Shown here: one piece after another, positions 61,026-64,000 of the stretch
How positions within the stretch are numbered: position 1 is the first letter of the stretch
Layout: each line of letters opens with the position of its first letter
Source: Leucoraja ocellata
Lineage: Eukaryota
Reading direction: 5' to 3'
DNA: 64,000 nt
Assembly (NCBI GenBank): GCA_036785375.1
Contig: JAWMAR010000026.1
Coordinates: 8,308,001-8,372,000, forward strand
Position numbers and translations under genes: made by a program
The notes under the pieces: model-generated
Told to the model about the DNA's origin: nothing
Seen by the model: only the letters and a program-made list of their open reading frames with translations
Databases searched by the model: none

Positions 61026-64000
61026 ACGGAAACAAAACATTTTATCTTGAAGGTAAATATTGTGGGAACTCAACCTATTTTCTAAGTTGTCACTTGGATT
61101 TGAAAAGTGCCCTTCAATTCCAGATGCAAGCTGGCTGGCCCAAGCTTATTTATAACATCACAGAGAAAGCAAACCAGACACTACAAATGATGTGGTGGAC
61201 CAGTGGCAAGATGAGTTGTCAACATCCAGTGAAGAGATTCATGGTTCAGAGATTCCAGCAACTGCATTCTTTCAACTTTACAAAACACTGGTTAGGTTGC
61301 ACTTAGAGTATTGCTTGCAGTTCTAGTCATCACAGGAGGGGGTGCCATTGCACTGACAATAAGCAAGTTCAGTATTCCGATAAAAACGCATTGGATTTGT
61401 CAAACGTCATTGGGGAAAAAAAAAGCGAGCGCCGTGCTGTATAAACTGTGTATAAATTGTTAACTAGTCTACCAATTAATTAATCTAGCATTCTGTCAAC
61501 TCAATAGCTTCCTTTCATGTTCTGCTGTTCATACACTACTTACATAGTCCCAGTGCTAGTTCAGTTCATTAATCTGCAATTATGAGATATTCAAAAAGTT
61601 AACGAATTTATTATCTTCATTTAATCCTTAATGCGTTTGCTACTGGAATAAGAAAATATTACTTGTGTTTCCTTATCTTTATTCATAATTTGTGTGTAAA
61701 AATATTTTATCTGATAGGCAGGGGAAGGCAAGCTAGTCTCCCATGAGGGTCAAACAGAGGTTTAATAACGTTAACTCATTATATCTTTATTTTCACTGAA
61801 AGAACAAGCCACCGCCTTTGCAAGTGTTCACACTGCGACAAGCGAGACTATGGGAAACGTAAGCGATTGCATCTCATGCCTCTGACGCCATGTCAGGAAA
61901 CAATTTGCCAGATGCAGACAAACCTTTAGTTACAATTTGGCTGTCGTTCATTTGATTAGATTGTGGTGGGTGTGCCCTTTAGGCAGCAAGACTATCCACT
62001 GCCAAAGCAATTGTGGTCACACTATTTATTCCACTCGAACTTCATTCCACCTGAAATATTATCGTTTGTCTACTGCAGTTGGAGCCGAGCTCCTTGATAT
62101 TATCCTGCAAGTCTTGCGCTGGGGACGTTGTAGGATGGATCTCTGTTCGCGATCGTTCAGACAGTAGCTTTCAATGAGACCTAATACAATCTGTGGAGTT
62201 ATGCAGTTATAGACTGCACGGCAACGGGTGAGTCGGTGCACCAGTCTTTGCTGACCAAGGTAGCATTCTGCAGCAGCCCCTTTTTCCTGGATATGGCATA
62301 CAATCCTCTAGATTCTTCAGTGAAATTTCTCAGTGAAATTATTATCCTTGAACCCCTTCCTAAATCTCACCCCTCTCACGAAGCCTACATTCTCCAGTTT
62401 TAATATCCTCCAATCTGGGATAAGAACATAGTGCGTTCACTTTTTCCAGGATCCCTGTAAGATTTTACAGAGGTGCAAGAGCGGCGCTCCAGTGAGCTCC
62501 GGCAGTACTGCTCCCCTGGATATAAGACATTTAATTGCGAAATGCCTGTCCTTTAGTATTGGATAGATTGAGTAGAGGGTCTGTGCTGTTCCAAGTTTGT
62601 GGTGGTTGCGGTGCGTTTCCCCCAGCTATCTCGCCCAGTGCACTTTGACCAGCACAGTTCGCCAGCCCTTGTTAGCAGAGGCTCTTTGTGCAGGTGTTAC
62701 CCGAAGCCCAAAGGTTTTGTGGAGGTTCTGCATAGGATCGGGCACGCAGCGAGCTAGGGAGAGGGCTGTCAGATCAGATCATCCCAGGTTGCCGAGTGGC
62801 CGAAGGGTGGATTTTAATAGGTCGTTATCAAACTTTTCTGTCTGTGCGGCATCGCCAGCTCTATCTCTCTCTCCCAGATCCCCCACCCCAACTGTCGACA
62901 AAGTCTGACTGAGAAAATGCTCCCACTCATATTACAGGTTGGCTCCACGTTTGCACACTCACTGGGGCGGGCAGCGCCTCTTTAAAAGAGAGCGAGGATA
63001 GGTCCCGTTTTACATTGATCCCATTTGCTACCATTAGATGCATGTCACTCCATTCCTTCTCAACCCAAGTACCTGTCGAAACGCCTTTCAATTGGTGCCT
63101 GAAAAGATCATTTGAAATAGATTGGTCATGATAGGCTTGTTTTCCCTGGAATTAAGCTGGCCGAGGGAAGAGCTGAAAGAAGTATCCAAGAGTACGAGAG
63201 AAGAGATAATCTGGATTTTTTTATCCATGGGAGGGGTTTCAAATCAGGAGCGCGTGGGGGGATTTTAGGGGTAGATCTTTTAGACTATGTCATATAGTGT
63301 TAGTTACCTTCAATATGGGGAAAAGTTTCCTAAAGGAGGTGGTAGAATTAGATACAATTACTAGGATAAAAAATATTTATGCAGACACGCAAATAGACAA
63401 GAATGAGGTTCTAAAGTGGGCAAATAGAATTAGTGTGGGTGGGCATGGACATGGTGGGCCGAAGGGCCTGTGTTGCAGGATCCTGTGAATCGATGACTCA
63501 ATGACACTTTAAAATTTGACTGTTTTTTACTTTGTTCCATGTTCTCCATGAGTTTACATGTTGACCAGGCCAGGGTTTATTCCCTGGCGGCAGGCAAATA
63601 CGTAATTGATGGACTGAGGATACCTGGTTTCCTGTCCACTTACTGATTACTGGAGTTTTACCAATTTACAGATACCAAATCTTTTGTTATAGAATTCAGT
63701 TTTCAAAATGTTCTCTGAATTATAGCTTGCCCAGTACACTAAAAGTTATGGAGTCATGCGGCTTCCACTACTCTCTTTCTCTGCGTATTTCAGGTACCCG
63801 CTGCAATCTGGGTGCAAAAGGTCCCCGACAGATTCTCTCTAAATCTCTTCTTCTATATCCACAGCCATGTCCTATATTTTTATCTATATGGGAAAAAATT
63901 TCCTGCAGTTTACCCGATCTATATTCCTCAGCATTTTAGGTATCACAATCAAGTCCCTTTCTTAACCTCCTCCATTCCAGGGTGACAGACCCATGCTGTC

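Noticed and set aside
63290-63350. Candidate upstream HYDIN exon end (AAG|gtaact)
   Set aside because: Lies in a decayed CR1 remnant, and the peptide does not resemble HYDIN.

Overview
Vertebrate nuclear DNA, most likely a cartilaginous fish (skate/ray/shark, inferred from HE1/V-SINE-type SINEs and the CR1, Penelope and Rex1 repeat mix). The whole window lies inside one minus-strand gene, HYDIN (axonemal central-pair protein). I mapped 21 consecutive coding exons by hand (56661 down to 2018, 3624 nt, about 1,200 aa from the C-terminal half). Splice phases chain correctly throughout, except that two exons are each 1 nt short (frameshifts) and one intron needs a GC donor. The introns are packed with mostly decayed transposons: CR1, L2, Rex1/Babar (one intact 609-aa RT ORF), Tx1-like, Penelope-like elements, SINEs, a complete non-autonomous Helitron, a Tc1 end and a Harbinger-type MITE. 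The most notable signal is a dispersed family of about 10 short Penelope-terminus units. They carry a minimal hammerhead-ribozyme-like core (CTGAAGA-A-stem-GAAACGTC), and some are fused head-to-head into long hairpins, one with a 14-bp target-site duplication. There are two assembly gaps. All family assignments are by motif recognition, not database search.
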